In this document: positions 25,081 to 38,729 of the stretch, piece after piece
How the letters are laid out: each line of letters starts with the position of its first letter
How positions within the stretch are numbered: the stretch's first letter is position 1
Source: Lama guanicoe
Lineage: Eukaryota
Direction of reading: 5' to 3'
Length of the DNA stretch: 64,000 nt
Assembly: GCA_013239625.1 (NCBI GenBank)
Contig: MU057355.1
Span: 4,909,550-4,973,549 of the forward strand
Translations under genes and position numbers: made by a program
Notes under the pieces: model-generated
The model's database searches: none
Told to the model about the DNA's origin: nothing
What the model saw: only the letters and a program-made list of their open reading frames with translations

Positions 25081-25699
25081 AGTGACAAGCTTCATTCCAA
25101 GTGTCCAGCTCAGCTTGGTTTGCCATCAAAAAGTGGATGTAGTTAGGTTTTGCTTTTCACATAAAGCCCCCCAATTTCAAACAATTGAGGTTGTTTAGGC
25201 AAAATACAAGCAATCTACACAAGCTCCTCTGCTTAGTCCACATCTCCTTGATGATGGAACCCTCTGTTCCATCACCCATCACCAGTTAGCACATGAGCCC
25301 TATCTGCTTCTCTCATTGTTTTTACTTTAAATGGATCTCCCAATAGATCTGAGCTTTCAAACTTAAAATGTGCATAAAAAAATCAACTCAGAAGTTTATA
25401 AACTTCCGAAGAATTTTAGGTCCTGTCCTCAAAGATTCTGGAGTGAGTTTGGAGTGAAGAACTCGACACTTCCCTTTCACTCCCTTTTTCTTTTAAATTT
25501 CTCTGTCAGAGTTTTCTTTTCAAGGATTCTATCTGTTTTTCTGTTTGCCTCTTTCTCTTTCTCTTAAGCCTGATGAGAGACCCAACTGAGTTTGGGGAGT
25601 AACAGAGATGAAACTCACGAACTCTAAACATTTCTACACACAAGCATTATTGAGCATGGGAAAAAAAAAAAGAGCTATAAGAGCACAGTCCCAAGGATC

Positions 25700-25900
25700 T
25701 CAGGCCTGGTAGAATCACCTGGGGAATAGCCAGTTCATAGTAAAATCACTTGGGGGAAAATTTAACAAATACCAATGCCTGGGCCCACCCCCAGACCACT
25801 TAAATCAGAACCACTGGTGGAGGAGCCTAGGTACTGGTAAATGTTTATTAGCAACCCAGGTGATTCTCCAGGTAATGAGCAGGCAGGGTTGAGCCTGAGA
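25700..25900. mobile_element. MER5A hAT MITE
   Basis: aatcacctgggg...atgcctgggcccacccccaga...aatcagaa...caggtgattct. Confidence 0.7.
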
Positions 25901-26559
25901 ACCCTTGGAGTAATCAAAGGATATGTCTGCATAAATGTAGGCCCACAATGTCCTCCTTTGTTCCTCACAGGGATGCTCACAGCGTAGTGACGGCAGACAA
26001 CTCTCCACAAAGTGCCCCCAGATTTTTATCCCTTGCCCCAATTCCCATCCATATCAGCACCTGGAAGTATCTTAGTCTACCAGGAAGGCAAGCACTGTGC
26101 TTCCAGCAACCCATGGCCTCCAGGCCTAGCTTCTGGAATCCTGATCCTGACATTTTGCTATGCCATATTAAGGCCATCTCTCTTGTTCTGTGTCTGTGTT
26201 GCAGATTACACAGCCTCTTGTACAACTGGACCTAGAGATTTTCTGTTTATGCCTCCTTAGAGATTTTCCAGGAACATTCCTGATTATGACATACAACTAT
26301 CTTTTTCATGATCTCCTTTTCACTCTCAGGGATGTACATTAAAGGGCAGCCACAGTCTATTCACTCTACCTGTCTAAAATATAATGAATCATCCTTCTAA
26401 TGCATTACTCTATTATAACGAATTTAACTGGACAGAGAAGTTACCACTCATAGTCCCTCCCATCTTCCTGATAACTTTTTGAGATTTTGCCAAAAATGAA
26501 AAGAGAACTTGGAGCTCTGCAGTGGTCAAAACAGAGCTAATATTTAAAATTTATTCCTT

Positions 26560-28060
26560 TTAAATTTTAATAGTTGCACATTATATATATGCATATATCA
26601 TTATATATATCTACCAAGTTTAATTAACCAGCACCATACTGACAGATACTTAGGTTATTTCAATCTCTATTATAAACCATCATAGATATACCCTATAAGT
26701 TTCTACATATTCTACATATGTATGTGCTAGTATACCTATAGGAGAAATTCTTAGAAGTGGTATTCCTGAGATAAAGTGAATGTGCGTTTATAATTTAAAA
26801 GATGTTGCAGATTGCATTCCACAGAGTTGTACCAGTCACTGTCCCACCACTGATGTCTGATACGGATTGCTCCTTACATCTTCACTAACGCAGTGCAGGG
26901 TCAACAAGATCATTGCTATTCTGATGGGTGAAGATAGAATATCACTGTGGCTTTGATATGTATTTCTCTCATGATCAGTGAGATTGGACATCTTTCTAAA
27001 TATTTAAGATCTATTTTCCTATGAACTATTTCATCATATTTTTTCTATTAAATGTTTAGTTTTTTCTCTTTTCACTTACACTTAATTAGGAAAATGAACC
27101 TATGATATGCTACAAATACTTTTTCTTAGATGTCCATTTAGCATTGTTTGTGCTCTTTGTTCTTGCAAATTTAAGATCTATCCCAGTAAATATATGGATA
27201 GTTTTTATGATTTCTGGATTTTTGTGTCATTCCTAACAAAGCATTCCCCTCTCTGCAAATATATATATATATTCACTTATATATAAAAATATTATATATA
27301 ATACATAATATACTTGATATATAGTAATATATAGTCTATATGTAAAAATATAGACTATATTTTTTGAATTGTATACATATTATATATATATTTATTTTTC
27401 TTCTAGTACTTCTGATTTCTTTTTCTACTTTTAATGTTTACTGAACAATCCCTTATCCCAATGATAAGCAATGCCACTTTTATCATATACTAAATACATA
27501 TTGAGGGTTGAGGTCTATTTCTGGACTATATTTTAGTCCATTAATTGTTCTATTTTAATTACTGTCTTTTTATAATTTACATCCTATAGGACTAGGCCTA
27601 ACTCATTACTCTTCTATTTCATAATTTTTCTGGATGTTATTGCTTTCTAGTTTTCCAGATGAATTTAGCAACAGATTATCTAGTTTAAAAAAAATCTGAG
27701 GGTATTTTGATAATGACATTATGTTACACATGTATACATATACATTACATTAAATGTATATTTTAAATTAAAGGAAATTGATATATTTATGTTGAGTCTT
27801 TCCAAAAACAAAGTATATGTGTAGTTTCATTTGTTCAAGTCATTATTTTGTATCCCTCTTTAACATTTAAAAATGTACTCACATAAATCTTGCACATTTC
27901 TTATTTAAGCCTAGTTTTTAGTTATTTCATGGATTTGGATTCTTTTTCTTCTTTGATATTTTGAAAGAGATCATTTCTTCCTTTATAAAATTTAACTTGC
28001 TGGGATTTGTATATATGAACCTTATTGACTTTTGTATATTAAATTTTATTCAGTATTCTT
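26560..28060 (-). mobile_element. Old L1 (L1ME-like) with AT-rich low-complexity insert 27258-27395
   Basis: cttaggttattt.caat...gaaattcttagaagtgg...gttgtacca...tcccaccac...gtctatttctggact...ttttccagatgaattt...tattgacttttgtatatt. Confidence 0.75.
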
Positions 28061-28669
28061 ATTTTCCAAGAAAGGCCAATAGCCCCAAGATATAGCAGCA
28101 TAAAAAGTCACTAGAGGAGTAAGAAGAAAGGATAGAGACATGTTTGTGAACTAAAGAATATCAGATTAGTCCTTTCTTCTTTTCTTCAAAGGCATTATTT
28201 TAGGATCAAGGCAAGGAAATTTAGATGGTGACCATATCTGACAAACTGAAAATATAAACTGATTCCAAAAGGGTTTTGATAAAATCAGAGCTTATAGCTC
28301 AATAATCAAAACAAGTAATTCAGCATGTTAGGCTTGCATTCAAAGCTTTCCTGAGAGGATGTACCTTCCTTGTCCACTCATCTCCTAATACTCCTTAGCA
28401 TCCTCCTGTGACCTCCCATACAGTCGTGGCCGTCTCCATGCTGTGGCTGATACCAACCACCACTGCTTGCCATGCCCAGAAAGTTGTACTTCCATACAGT
28501 TGCTCACAGTACCTTGCCTAGAATGCCATCCTGCCATGTCTTGTCAATTCCAAATCTTATCCTCTCTTTGAAGACTAGCTTCTCCTCTAAGGAGCATTCA
28601 TATGCCATCATTGTCTATAGCCTTCTCCCTGACGTTATTTATTAATGGCAGCATTTGTCTCTAAATCAT

Positions 28670-28860
28670 TGCCAGATTTTGGAGTTGGATATCCCAATCT
28701 TCAAGTTCCAACTATGCCACTTACTGCTATCTTAGATAAATTCATTAACCTCTCAGAGCCTTGGTTTTCTCCTATATACAGTGAGGGTAATAATATATAA
28801 TGCACTTCTCACCCATGGTTATAATCAGGATTAAGTGCACTTTAAAATATTATACAAACT
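28670..28860 (+). mobile_element. MIR SINE
   Basis: ttcaagttcca.ct.tgccacttact...ttaacctctcagagcct.ggtttt. Confidence 0.7.
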
Positions 28861-31189
28861 CTGAAGTGGTATCCAAATATCAAGGCTCAAATATAAGGAA
28901 TCACCTATAGACTAAAAAGTTACTCTACAAAGAGAAACATACTCAGCCGTTTCCTCTTGCTTTAGAAGAGATTCAGGAAGGGGAGAGATGGAGAAGAGTA
29001 GCTGTTCTTCTTTTGAGATTCAACTGATAGGGTCCATCAGGCAGTGGGCTGTACTCTTCTGCTGGAATACTAGATAGGTTTTATCACAAATGCCAGCACT
29101 ACCTGATCATGAATGGCTGTCCAAATGCTGTATTCAGGAATCTGAGGACCCATCTGGGAAGAGAGGGCAGATGGCTGTGGTTGCTTAATAATGGCTATAG
29201 GGGCATATGGAGAAATAGCAGAACAAATGGCACACGTCTGCTTTTCTGCCCTCAGCCTGGGATCCCATCATGGGAGAGCAAGGAGTTGACTCCTTTCACA
29301 ATTGACCCTGTGATGTTTATCCAGTCTCTCTTTTGCCATTAGCCTGATTGTGCCTTAAATCTGATTGGGGTTCCATTTGTTGCTTCAATGTCTGACTAGA
29401 AAATATAGGCCACCCTCTTAGGGAAGTAATCTCAATGGGCACACTTCAGTCACGTCATCAATTATCTATTGTTCTTACACTGTGCAGAACACTCTTTGCT
29501 GGGGGCATGGAAAACCAATAGCATTTATTGAATGCTTCCTGTGTGCCAGGCACTGTATCAAGGCACTCTATGAGTTTTTTCATTTCATCTTCAATACACT
29601 CTGCCCATTTTACAGATGAGGAAACAAATTATTGAGGTCGAACATAATGTCCTTGAATCTGCAGAACTCTGTTCGCTACAGTATAATGTCCCACCCTCCA
29701 GGGACCTCTGAATGTGCTGTACTCATTCACCCACTGCAGACTGAAAGGAATTTATTGACTGTTGAGTGAAACTCTTCAGATCTTCCAGTGATAAGACTTA
29801 GCAGTTTTTCTGTTGTCTTCACATAGAGACTATCAACCTAGAACAAATCTTGGGACATTTTCAAGACTACCTTATGATCTAAATTTATACTGTAGGAGCT
29901 GCTAACTGTTATTTTATTTATGGCACTCTGGATCTCAATCTCCTTAGTTTTGTTACTCCTAATTAAGCTTATGTGGGCTCACAAAGCATCATTACATGAT
30001 TTAATGAGAGTATTTTGAATTAATTATATGCAGACATTTTATAACATATTCTAGGTGCCTTGCTAAAATTGGAACTGATTTTTATAGCTCCACCAATGAG
30101 GGTGGCTATGTTACTAAAGTTCCATTTCTGAGAATTATCCTCTACTTAAGGTAAAGTGTACAAGCCTCTGTATGTATGCTCTTAGAATTCTATGGTTTAA
30201 CATGTAACTATTTGTTCTCAGTAAACATTTAACTGGAAAGAGAAGCCTGCCCAGCCCAAGTAAATTAAAGCATATTCAGACATTAATTAATTACTTTTAA
30301 TTAATTAATTTCCCTTTGCTTATTATTGGTGATGGATGAGGTCAAAGGTAGATCATCATTCCACAATGGCCACAGCTACATTTGAGGTAGGGAAGTTACT
30401 AAATCTCTTTAAAAAAAAAAAAAAGAGGGATTTATATTTTAGCTGGAGTTAATTCCATGGTGAATCAAGTGAGAAAAATACTTGGCTCTCCTTGAGGCAA
30501 ATGAGGCTACCGTGACCTCTTCCAAGGTGCTAAGTGGTTCCTGAAAGTATAATTTTATGTAACATTTTATTATAGTTTACTCCCAGTATGCCTTTCTCTC
30601 AAAAGACTGTCAAGGTAAGTTTCCCTGTTCCTTCTAGTCTCTCCCCTCCAGCCCGATTTCTGAGAGCTAGTCCTATAGTCATGTCTTCATTGCTCTCACA
30701 AATCTCACCTCTGCCCTCCACCCATCTATACCTTTTACCCACAGGATCCCCACCTCCTCCCTTTTAGCTTCCTCATCCTTTACCTTCCAGCCTCCCCATC
30801 TCCTTTGACCTTCCTGCATCCTAACCCTACCATCAAAATTCACCTGTTCTCTATCATATTCTTTCAGGGTTCTCCTCTCTGACAGACAATTTAATCAACA
30901 AGTTAATGCTAAGTATAGATGGCTGATGACAGATCAATGTGTTGTATTTCACAAATAATTTTAAATAAAAAATATACACTGATCACTGTGTAAAATACCA
31001 TATTTGTGCTAGAGGATAGCAAAGATGAATGAGAAATGACATCATGCAGTGTGGTCATCCACTTAGTCTTGACTTCAAATGAACCTGACTCTCCAAAGTA
31101 AATCTACTTTGAAAGGACAATGGTCAGCTACAAGTGGGGTTATTTGAAAGGACATGCTGCCAATTCTGAAGGTAAATTTCAAAAGAAAT

Positions 31190-31390
31190 AGCAGCTTTAG
31201 TTGAAAGGGCACAGACTTTGGCATATCTGGACAGATACGGGCTCAAATCTAAGCTTACTAAATGGCTAAAATTAGGTAACTCAACAAATATTTCCGAGTC
31301 TCAGATTTCCCCATCTGCACAAAGGGGATAAAATCACCTACCTCTTAAACAGATAAAATTAAATGGTAGGTAGAATATTTTAAGCAAAGG
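31190..31390 (+). mobile_element. MIR SINE
   Basis: gcacagactttgg...gggctcaaatc...tctcag.tttccccatctg..aaaggggata. Confidence 0.6.
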
Positions 31391-32339
31391 CAGCATCTTA
31401 AATAAGTGAAGTTTCCCAAGGGTCAACCTTCTTGTCTACAGTTACCTCCTTGTATGCTCCTTTAGACAACAAAAAGGTAATATTCTTTATAGTTATGCCT
31501 GCTACAAGTGACCAAAGGCCCATTGTGGGCAATCTGCCACTTGACTGCACATTAAAAAAATCATTAACTCCTCTGAAAACTCCCCACAGAGCAGAACAGC
31601 TGGTCTTCTGTGAAATTCTTTGAGCCCACAAATAGTGGCACAGGAAGGTAGCAATAGAATGTCGTCTTGTAACAACAGAATGCCTACTTTCTAGCTCTCC
31701 CCTGGGTGAGTCTAGAAATGGGCAGCTCTCTGCTTCAAGTAGAATCTATACTCTTTTTAAAGATGGCTCACGGTCAGATTACTGTAATCTGTGCTTGTGC
31801 TCAGTGAAGAAGTGCTTTTGGATACATTCTGAATGACCCTACGAGGGCTAATGGCTTTTAAAGGCTTTCTAGGGGAAGGAGAGTAGCTGCTGCTTTCCAA
31901 GGCATTCCAGGGCACAGTCTTACCGAATGTACTATCTAAAGGAGGGCTACCAGGGATCAGTGGAATCTGTTTAAATTCCATTTCTGCCCCTTACTATTTG
32001 GGGGCAAGTGTCTGAAAATTCTCAAGGCTCAGCTTCCACATTGAGAGAGTAATAATCACATCAGAAACTGTTATGAAAAATTAGAGTGATTAGGTAGTTA
32101 GAGAACAAAATGAACCTGTTTAGAGCAGTGAGTACAACCCCTGGCACATAATAAGAACTCAGCAAATTCTGGTTTCCTTCTTTCATCTAGCCCTAATCTG
32201 AGATTCAAGATCAGTCTTACCCTTAGCCAAGTAAATTTCCATCTATTGATATAATTTTAGAGGTAACAGGAAATTTTCAGAAAAACCAATCTTTCAACAA
32301 GACATGACTGATTTGCTGATTCTTTCCAACAGAGCTCAC

Positions 32340-32660
32340 TTGATTCACTCCCTTATTTCACTTAAAGTTCTGTGCATATGTCCCCTCCTCAGAGATCTTC
32401 CTGCCTATCCTGTCTGAAATAGCCCCCCTCCGTATCACTCTATCTCCTTATCCCACTTATTTTCTCTCATAGCTCTTATTAGTACCTGAAATTATACTAT
32501 ATATGCATTTGTTTATTCCCTGCCTCTCCCCACTAATGTGTAGGCTCAGTAATGGAGAATTTGTCCCCCTTTTTCATAGCTGTTCTCCCAGCCCAGCCTT
32601 TAGAACAGTACATGGACTTATTTGACAGGTGCTTAAGAAGCATTTGTTGCATAAAGAAAG
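32340..32660 (+). mobile_element. L2a 3' fragment
   Basis: tgtccc.ctcctcagaga..cttcc...tgcctctcccc.ctaatgt...tagaacagt.c.tgg...aggtgctt..aagcatttgttg. Confidence 0.75.
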
Positions 32661-32739
32661 AAAGAATGTTTTAAATTCCACAACTAGTCTTAATTTACTT
32701 CTCTCAAAGCTTTATTTATAGCAAAAACCATCATTTCTT

Positions 32740-32930
32740 AGGCATGTACTCAACCCCTTGACACTTTATATGGATAAACTAATTTAGTCTTCTGAACATC
32801 CTCTATGAGATAGAACAATTATGATCCCCTAATATAGGTGAGAAAATGAAAGTTTAAAGAGGTTAAGTGACTTGCCCAAAGGCAGAAGTGCAGATGGGAT
32901 TCATTCCAGGTTATTGGACTATAGAATCAT
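32740..32930 (-). mobile_element. MIR SINE
   Basis: tgagaaaatgaa...agaggttaagtgacttgcccaaagg. Confidence 0.7.
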
Positions 32931-33799
32931 CTGCATTTTGAGTTCCTCTTATCCCTTCCTGCTTCTACACTTGAATTCTACCATAGTTTGAACTGCTTCT
33001 CCATTCCATGTCAAGATAAGATATCTCTGGGGATGGGTAACATGAAACTGTTGTTACTCATTTACCTTCTTTGGTGCATTGGCATGCTAGAAAGTACGGT
33101 TGGGGAGGAGATACAGTTTGGAAGTCTGAGCATTTGAGATGGGAAATCTCAGAACTAGAATATTAGAGTATAAGACTATTGAGATGTTGCAGCATTTTTC
33201 CAGAGGTTATTCCACCTTATAATTATTCCACATCCAGAGCGCTCTTCCTCCTTAACACTGAGATGTTTTCCCTTTGCAATTTAGCATCTCCAAGACAACA
33301 CAGCTCTAGGGGATTGCTGGTTTGACAGTACCTCCCTGGGGTGTAAAATAAGTCAATCAGACACAAGATGAGAAATTGCCAGAGGTTGTTTTGTTTTATT
33401 TTGTTTTACCTACAGTGTCATTTCTTCCTACATTACTGAGAGTCCAGGAAAAGGTACTAGCTAATTGGATTTGAATATCACCTGTGCAGACACAGTACTC
33501 AGTATTTCTCCATAGGACAGACCACAGTCAGCATGTCACTGTTATCACAGCAGGTAGGACACAGGTGTTTAGCAAAAGGAACGAACAAGAGTAACAAGGT
33601 ACCAAGTTGGCTATACATATAGGTAGGAAGGAAGACTGCTTCCATGTTTTAATTTGAGGGGTGCAACAAGCTACTTGTTTTGAAATATCAGTCTTAACTT
33701 TTAGTTTGCGATTCCTCCATTAGTGTCATTTCACGTCTAGGAAGAGATGTCTGCAGAAATCTCCCTTGCTTGAGAAGGCAGGAAGGGCACATTAAGTTT

Positions 33800-33870
33800 G
33801 GATTGGCTAGCTGTTACCATAGCAACTAGAAGCAAGTCCCTGAGCGGGATGAAACATTGAGCAGGTAAGT
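33800..33870 (+). promoter_or_regulatory. Promoter-like module: inverted CCAAT, RFX X-box and first-exon splice donor
   Basis: ATTGG 33802-33806; GTTACCATAGCAAC 33813-33826 (canonical X-box GTTNCCATRGNAAC); CAG|gtaagt at 33864/33865. Confidence 0.5.
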
Positions 33871-34609
33871 TTTGATGAGGAGGAAAGGGACAGAGTGAGA
33901 GGTTAGATGAGGTGGCACCATAATTGGTAGCCCTGGGCAGCCATGTGGCAGTCATCTATAAAACAAAAGTTACTACTCGTTTTAGTCAGGTACAATCTTA
34001 AATTTCTCCATCACAATGTTAGCCATAGCTCACCTTGAAATGGTTAGCTCCCACTCTCTTTAACAATATGTGAGTTTTAAAAATTCTTAGCCCTCCTCAT
34101 CCTCTAGTACATTTCCAGGACAAATTTTGTTTAATTTTCTCAAGCAACGACAACAAAAATTAGAATCTACCTCTAGCCTTGTACATAGAATCCAAAGACA
34201 ACTGGCCAGATACCAGGGTCATTCTTATATGTTCCCAGGTTCATTTGGGATAATAGATTGTAGGAGGATCATAGTTAAAAAAAAGTTTAAAAAAGTGAAT
34301 TTTACAAAAGTCATTATCTTCTGAATGAAGGTTTCCAGTGAAAAAATTTATCTTAAACAGGGAGCAGGGAGGAATCTTAAAGGTTTTCCAATTCCATTCC
34401 CTTCTCCTACAGAGAAGAGTGCTGAGAGTCAGAGAGGTTAATTATGTCCTCTAACCACCTAATCACTCTGTCATTTCTAATTATTGCTAAGAAAAAATGC
34501 AGGAATTCCCAGTGCCCTCCTTGTATGTGCACTGAAAAACCAGTTTGCATATCAGCAGGAAATGTCAGCATCCAGGCCAAGAATGTCCAGTTTGTTCATA
34601 AGAAGAGTA

Positions 34610-34850
34610 ATAAGAGCTGACATCTATTGAGTACTTGTAATGTGCCAGGCGTCGGGCTAACTGCTTTACATCCAGTATCTCACTTAACCTGTAAGTAGTC
34701 CTGTGAGGTATGTTTACCCCATTTTACAGATGAGAACATCATAGCTGAGAGAAGCTAGGTAACTTGTTTATAGTCAAACAACTAGGAAGGGACAGACTCA
34801 AGTTCTGACTCCATCCACTGCTTCTGACCTTTAACACTAAACCGTACCTC
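34610..34850 (-). mobile_element. MIR SINE
   Basis: tgtgccaggc...cctgtgaggta...cccattttacagatgag. Confidence 0.8.
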
Positions 34851-35901
34851 CTGGCTGTATCCATGTCTTACTTTCCTGTAAGAAAACTAGGGATAAATAA
34901 TCAACTATATTCATGAGCTGAATGCCTCCCTCTGACAGCTAAATCCATCCCCAAGGAAAGTCATCCAACTCTAGCCAACTAACCATATTCCCTAAGTACC
35001 TATCTTAAAATTTTTCTTTTCTGATTCTAAATATAAATTATATTCACCATGCAAAATTTAAAGATACAGACAAAGATGAGGGAGAAAATGAAAATCTCCT
35101 GTAATTATATCAAGGATCACATGCAGGGAAATCTTTTTTTTTTCTTCCATATTAAGGACTACTATAGTTCTTGTAAAAATCAACAATAGTCTCTAGTATT
35201 TTTTATGTGTCACTTCCCTCAAGGAAATTCACATATTGAATGACTACCATCAAAGATTATTTACTTCTTGGTTCATTCATTTATCCATCTGAGATCTATT
35301 GCTTCAATGTCTGCTCTGAGCCAGGTGTTCTGCTAGTTGCTAGAACACATTGATGGCTAAACACAGGCCCTGATCCTGGCCTCATGGAACCTATAGGTTA
35401 ATTCTCTCAAAGAAGCTTTCAATGTATTTTACCTCACTAGCCTGAAAAGACACAGATGCTTTTAGATGCCTGACTGAAGTAACTCTTCCCCTCAATGGGG
35501 TGATGTAGAAATATGTCTTATAGTCTCATAACTGACACAGAGCAACAAAAAAATTTTTAATTATTGGTTTAGTGATACCTTATCATGGCAAACAGGTCAC
35601 AGTCTGGGATTTTAAGGATTTTCCACCTTAAAGATTCTTTGTACATAGTTATTCCTTTGATGCTAAGCTAGTAGCCTTACATGTAGAGGGTTAGGAAGGG
35701 GTCCTTATGCTTGGAATTCCTTTAATATGGACAAAATTTGCCATTAGCCAAACACTGCTGAGGTTGACTGAAATGTGTGACTAAAACTCATTCTAAGCAA
35801 CACACGATGGGGCCTCCTTTCCTAAGAAGAGGCATTTATGGGACTGAGAAGCCTGAAGGCTGTGGGAATGGAGGAGACAATTTAGAAGTCAGCTGGGGTT
35901 C

Positions 35902-36331
35902 TGACTTAGTTTCCTGTTTCTGCTCTAACAAATTGGCACAAGGTTAATGGCTTAGAGCAAAACACATTTATTCTCTTACAGTTCTGGAGGTCAGAATCTA
36001 AAATGGGACCGCAGGACTGTGTTCTTTCTGGAGGCTCTAGGAAAGAACCTGTTTTACCTTTTATAGATTCTAGAGACTCCCCACATTCCTTGACTCATGG
36101 CCTGGGTCACTCAGACCTCTGCTTCCATGATCACATCTCCTTCATTGACTGTGGTCTTCCTGCCTCTCTCTTACTGGAACCTTGTGATTACAGTGGGTCT
36201 ATTCAGGTAATCCAAGATAATTTTACCATCTCAAATAATCTTAATCTTTCCTGCAAAGTGCCTTTTACCATATACAGGTCCAGGGATTAGGACCTGGGTG
36301 TCTTTGAGGGGCCGTCATTCAGCCTACCACA
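35902..36331 (-). mobile_element. MaLR LTR (MLT1C/D-like)
   Basis: ttagtttcctg...tttattctcttacagttctggaggtcagaa...ataatccaagataat...gggattaggac...cattcagcctaccaca. Confidence 0.85.
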
Positions 36332-38269
36332 GGCTATCATGATGAACTTGAGTATTTCACATTTTTGACAAGCAGGGGCTGTCTGCAATAAGGATTTGAG
36401 TCCCTCTCGCATTCTTTTTTCTCTCTTCCCTGCCCTTCAACTCAGCTCTGTCTGGATTTGAATACTGAGTCATCTCTGGGCTTTTCCTTCCTCCTGTAGG
36501 GAGCAAGACGTTGGTGGCAGAGTTCTGGTCCAGCTACTCTTCCTTATTTATTTCACCATAAGCGTTATTAGTGCTCAGGAAGCCCAAGGATACATTGCAT
36601 AATTGGATTTGTGCTCAAAACTACGTACATCAGGGTCTTGAAAGACTTAGTCACTGAGCATTTATTGTAGCCATATAATTGTAAATTTCTGGTTGCTCAA
36701 TTGGGGAAGATGAGCCTAAGTATACAGGTTTAATTTCAGAGGATGAATCTATGCACAAAAAGGTCTGTTCTCTCTGGCATAAGGACTGCAGGCATTTTGG
36801 TAATGGTGGCAAGCCAGTGGAAAGCATTTCAGTGCCACTTGATTTATACATGGGCCAAATTCTTAGGACCTAAAAAATTTAGAAGAAAGTACCATGGCTG
36901 ACCTTCCCTTTTAAATTGAAAGCTCCTTAGCAGAAAAGTCTGAAATTAAGATTATTACATTAATGTCAGTGCTGGTGGTGTCCTACAGAAAGAAAATCAT
37001 CCCGAGCAGAGGTGACAATTCGGAAGCACATGTACTACCCTTACCATTCCATACCCAAGAGAAATGTCACTTATCAGTCAAGCAATATTCCCCCCAGAGC
37101 CTGGATCTGACTTTAAAACCATTCCTGACTGAACTGAATGTTCCAGCCAGCCACTGCCATTCAAATGGCATTGGCAAGTAAATAGAGCTCTGTCTGATGT
37201 CCCTGCATTAGAGAGCCAATGCCCTCTTGTTTCCAGGCATTAAGGAAAATTCCTCCTACTGCAATCCAGCAATAAAACACTTTGATGCCTAGAACACCCC
37301 TCAAGCTCAGTTTCTGGATCTGGCAAAATCCTGAGAGAGACCGATTTAAAAGTGAACAGATGCTTCCACTTCCGTCTCCCTATTTTCTGTTTGGAGACCT
37401 TGGGTGGGGATCCTATCTCAGTGACTCCAGCTCCTCCTCTGGGGATACTGGATAGTGGGGCTTTGGTCTCTTTCCCCTCCATGGAACTTCTATGCTTTGA
37501 ATTCCTGCATTAAATGTGCAGCCCTGCCCCCAATTTCTGCTTTTTCCTTCCATAATGTTGTGGCTCTCCTCCTCGTTCCTCAGACCAGAGTCCTGCTAGG
37601 TCCCTAAGAGTACCCTCCCCAAGGAATACTTGGTAGTATTGTCAGACTTGTCAAAGGCAAGGAGGGGAAAGAAACATAAGCTCATCCATCCCTGTCTCTT
37701 TTTTCACCTTGTGGTTTCCACTCACAATAAGCAGCCTTAGAGGTTATCAAACACCCCACTGTGCTTTGACAGCTATTCATCCATTAAAGCCTCTGACTGC
37801 CTGGCATAATTGCCACTGTACTCCTACTCCATGAACATGGCTCCTCAGCTGTTCCCAGGCACCAGCTTGCTTTACACTAGGGCTTGCTAAGAAAGAGGAA
37901 AAACCCAGCTCATTCCAACAGCTCAGTGACAGGTGAGCCAAACTCATCAGAACATGGGAGGGGAGAAAAACCAGCACGTGCTATCGTGCACTTGCTTTTA
38001 ATTAAGAGAAAATTATTCACTCAGATGACTCCCCCAAATTTTAGCTTAGGATCACGGGGAGTTTTTTTTTTTTTCTTTTAACTTTGGACTAGGGCCATCT
38101 GGAGCCTGCAGAGTTCTGGAAGAGCCGAATCAAAGGGTAGATCTTTTCAGTCTCCCGATTTCGTTTCAACGCCTTTCTGAGCCCCAGTCAATAATCCAGC
38201 TGCATGCTCTGCAGCGAAGCACATTTTTCAGCTTTGTGTCTGAGTCACTGCCTGCAGAGGGGGCTTTTC

Positions 38270-38640
38270 AGCGTGGATACAAGCGGACTGATTGCTTTCC
38301 TTGCAGGGTTCCCGCCTGGGAACGCCCACCTGAGCGCCCGCTCTGCGGCGGCCACTGCCGCAGTCTGCCCGGGTCACGCCGCGGTGCCCAGGAGCCGGGC
38401 TGCCTAGCAGAGCACACCGCGCTGGCTCCGAGCGCGCCGGCGGCGCCGCACTGGACAGGGGCCATGGCGGAGAAGTCAGCCGGCAGCCGTCCAACCCAGA
38501 GCCCCTGCGCTGGGGAGGCCGTGAACCTCCGTCAGAGGAGGCAGTTAAGCCTATGCTGAGAGGGCGCGCTGAGAAGAGCTTTCCAGGCAGGGCGATCTGT
38601 GACTCAGCAGAGGTCAATAGCAGAGCCCTCGGGTGAGTCC
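38270..38640. promoter_or_regulatory. Small CpG island with AP-1 and ARE/MARE motifs
   Basis: The only CpG-dense, GC-rich stretch in the window; TGAGTCA 38241-38247 just upstream; TGACTCAGCA 38600-38609; AGGTCA 38611-38616. Confidence 0.7.
38307..38632 (+). other. Candidate 326-nt exon containing a Kozak smORF (38464-38559, MAEKSAGSRPTQSPCAGEAVNLRQRRQLSLC*)
   Basis: Branch-like ctgat plus tgctttccttgcag| acceptor; CGG|gtgagt donor; GCCATGG context. Confidence 0.4.
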
Positions 38641-38729
38641 AGAGGCCCAGGCCCTGCCTTTGACATGGTGATCGGTCAAATACGCTTCAGGGCCTCATAG
38701 TTCTCATTTTAAAAAAACCTAGGTGCTAG

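Noticed and set aside
27258-27395. AT-rich inverted repeat (atatagtctatat...atatagactatat)
   Set aside because: Low-complexity (TA)n expansion within an old L1; no evidence of a functional hairpin.
38204-38617. Overlapping 65-129 aa ORFs on both strands
   Set aside because: Expected stop depletion in GC-rich DNA; mostly non-ATG starts and no recognisable domain.
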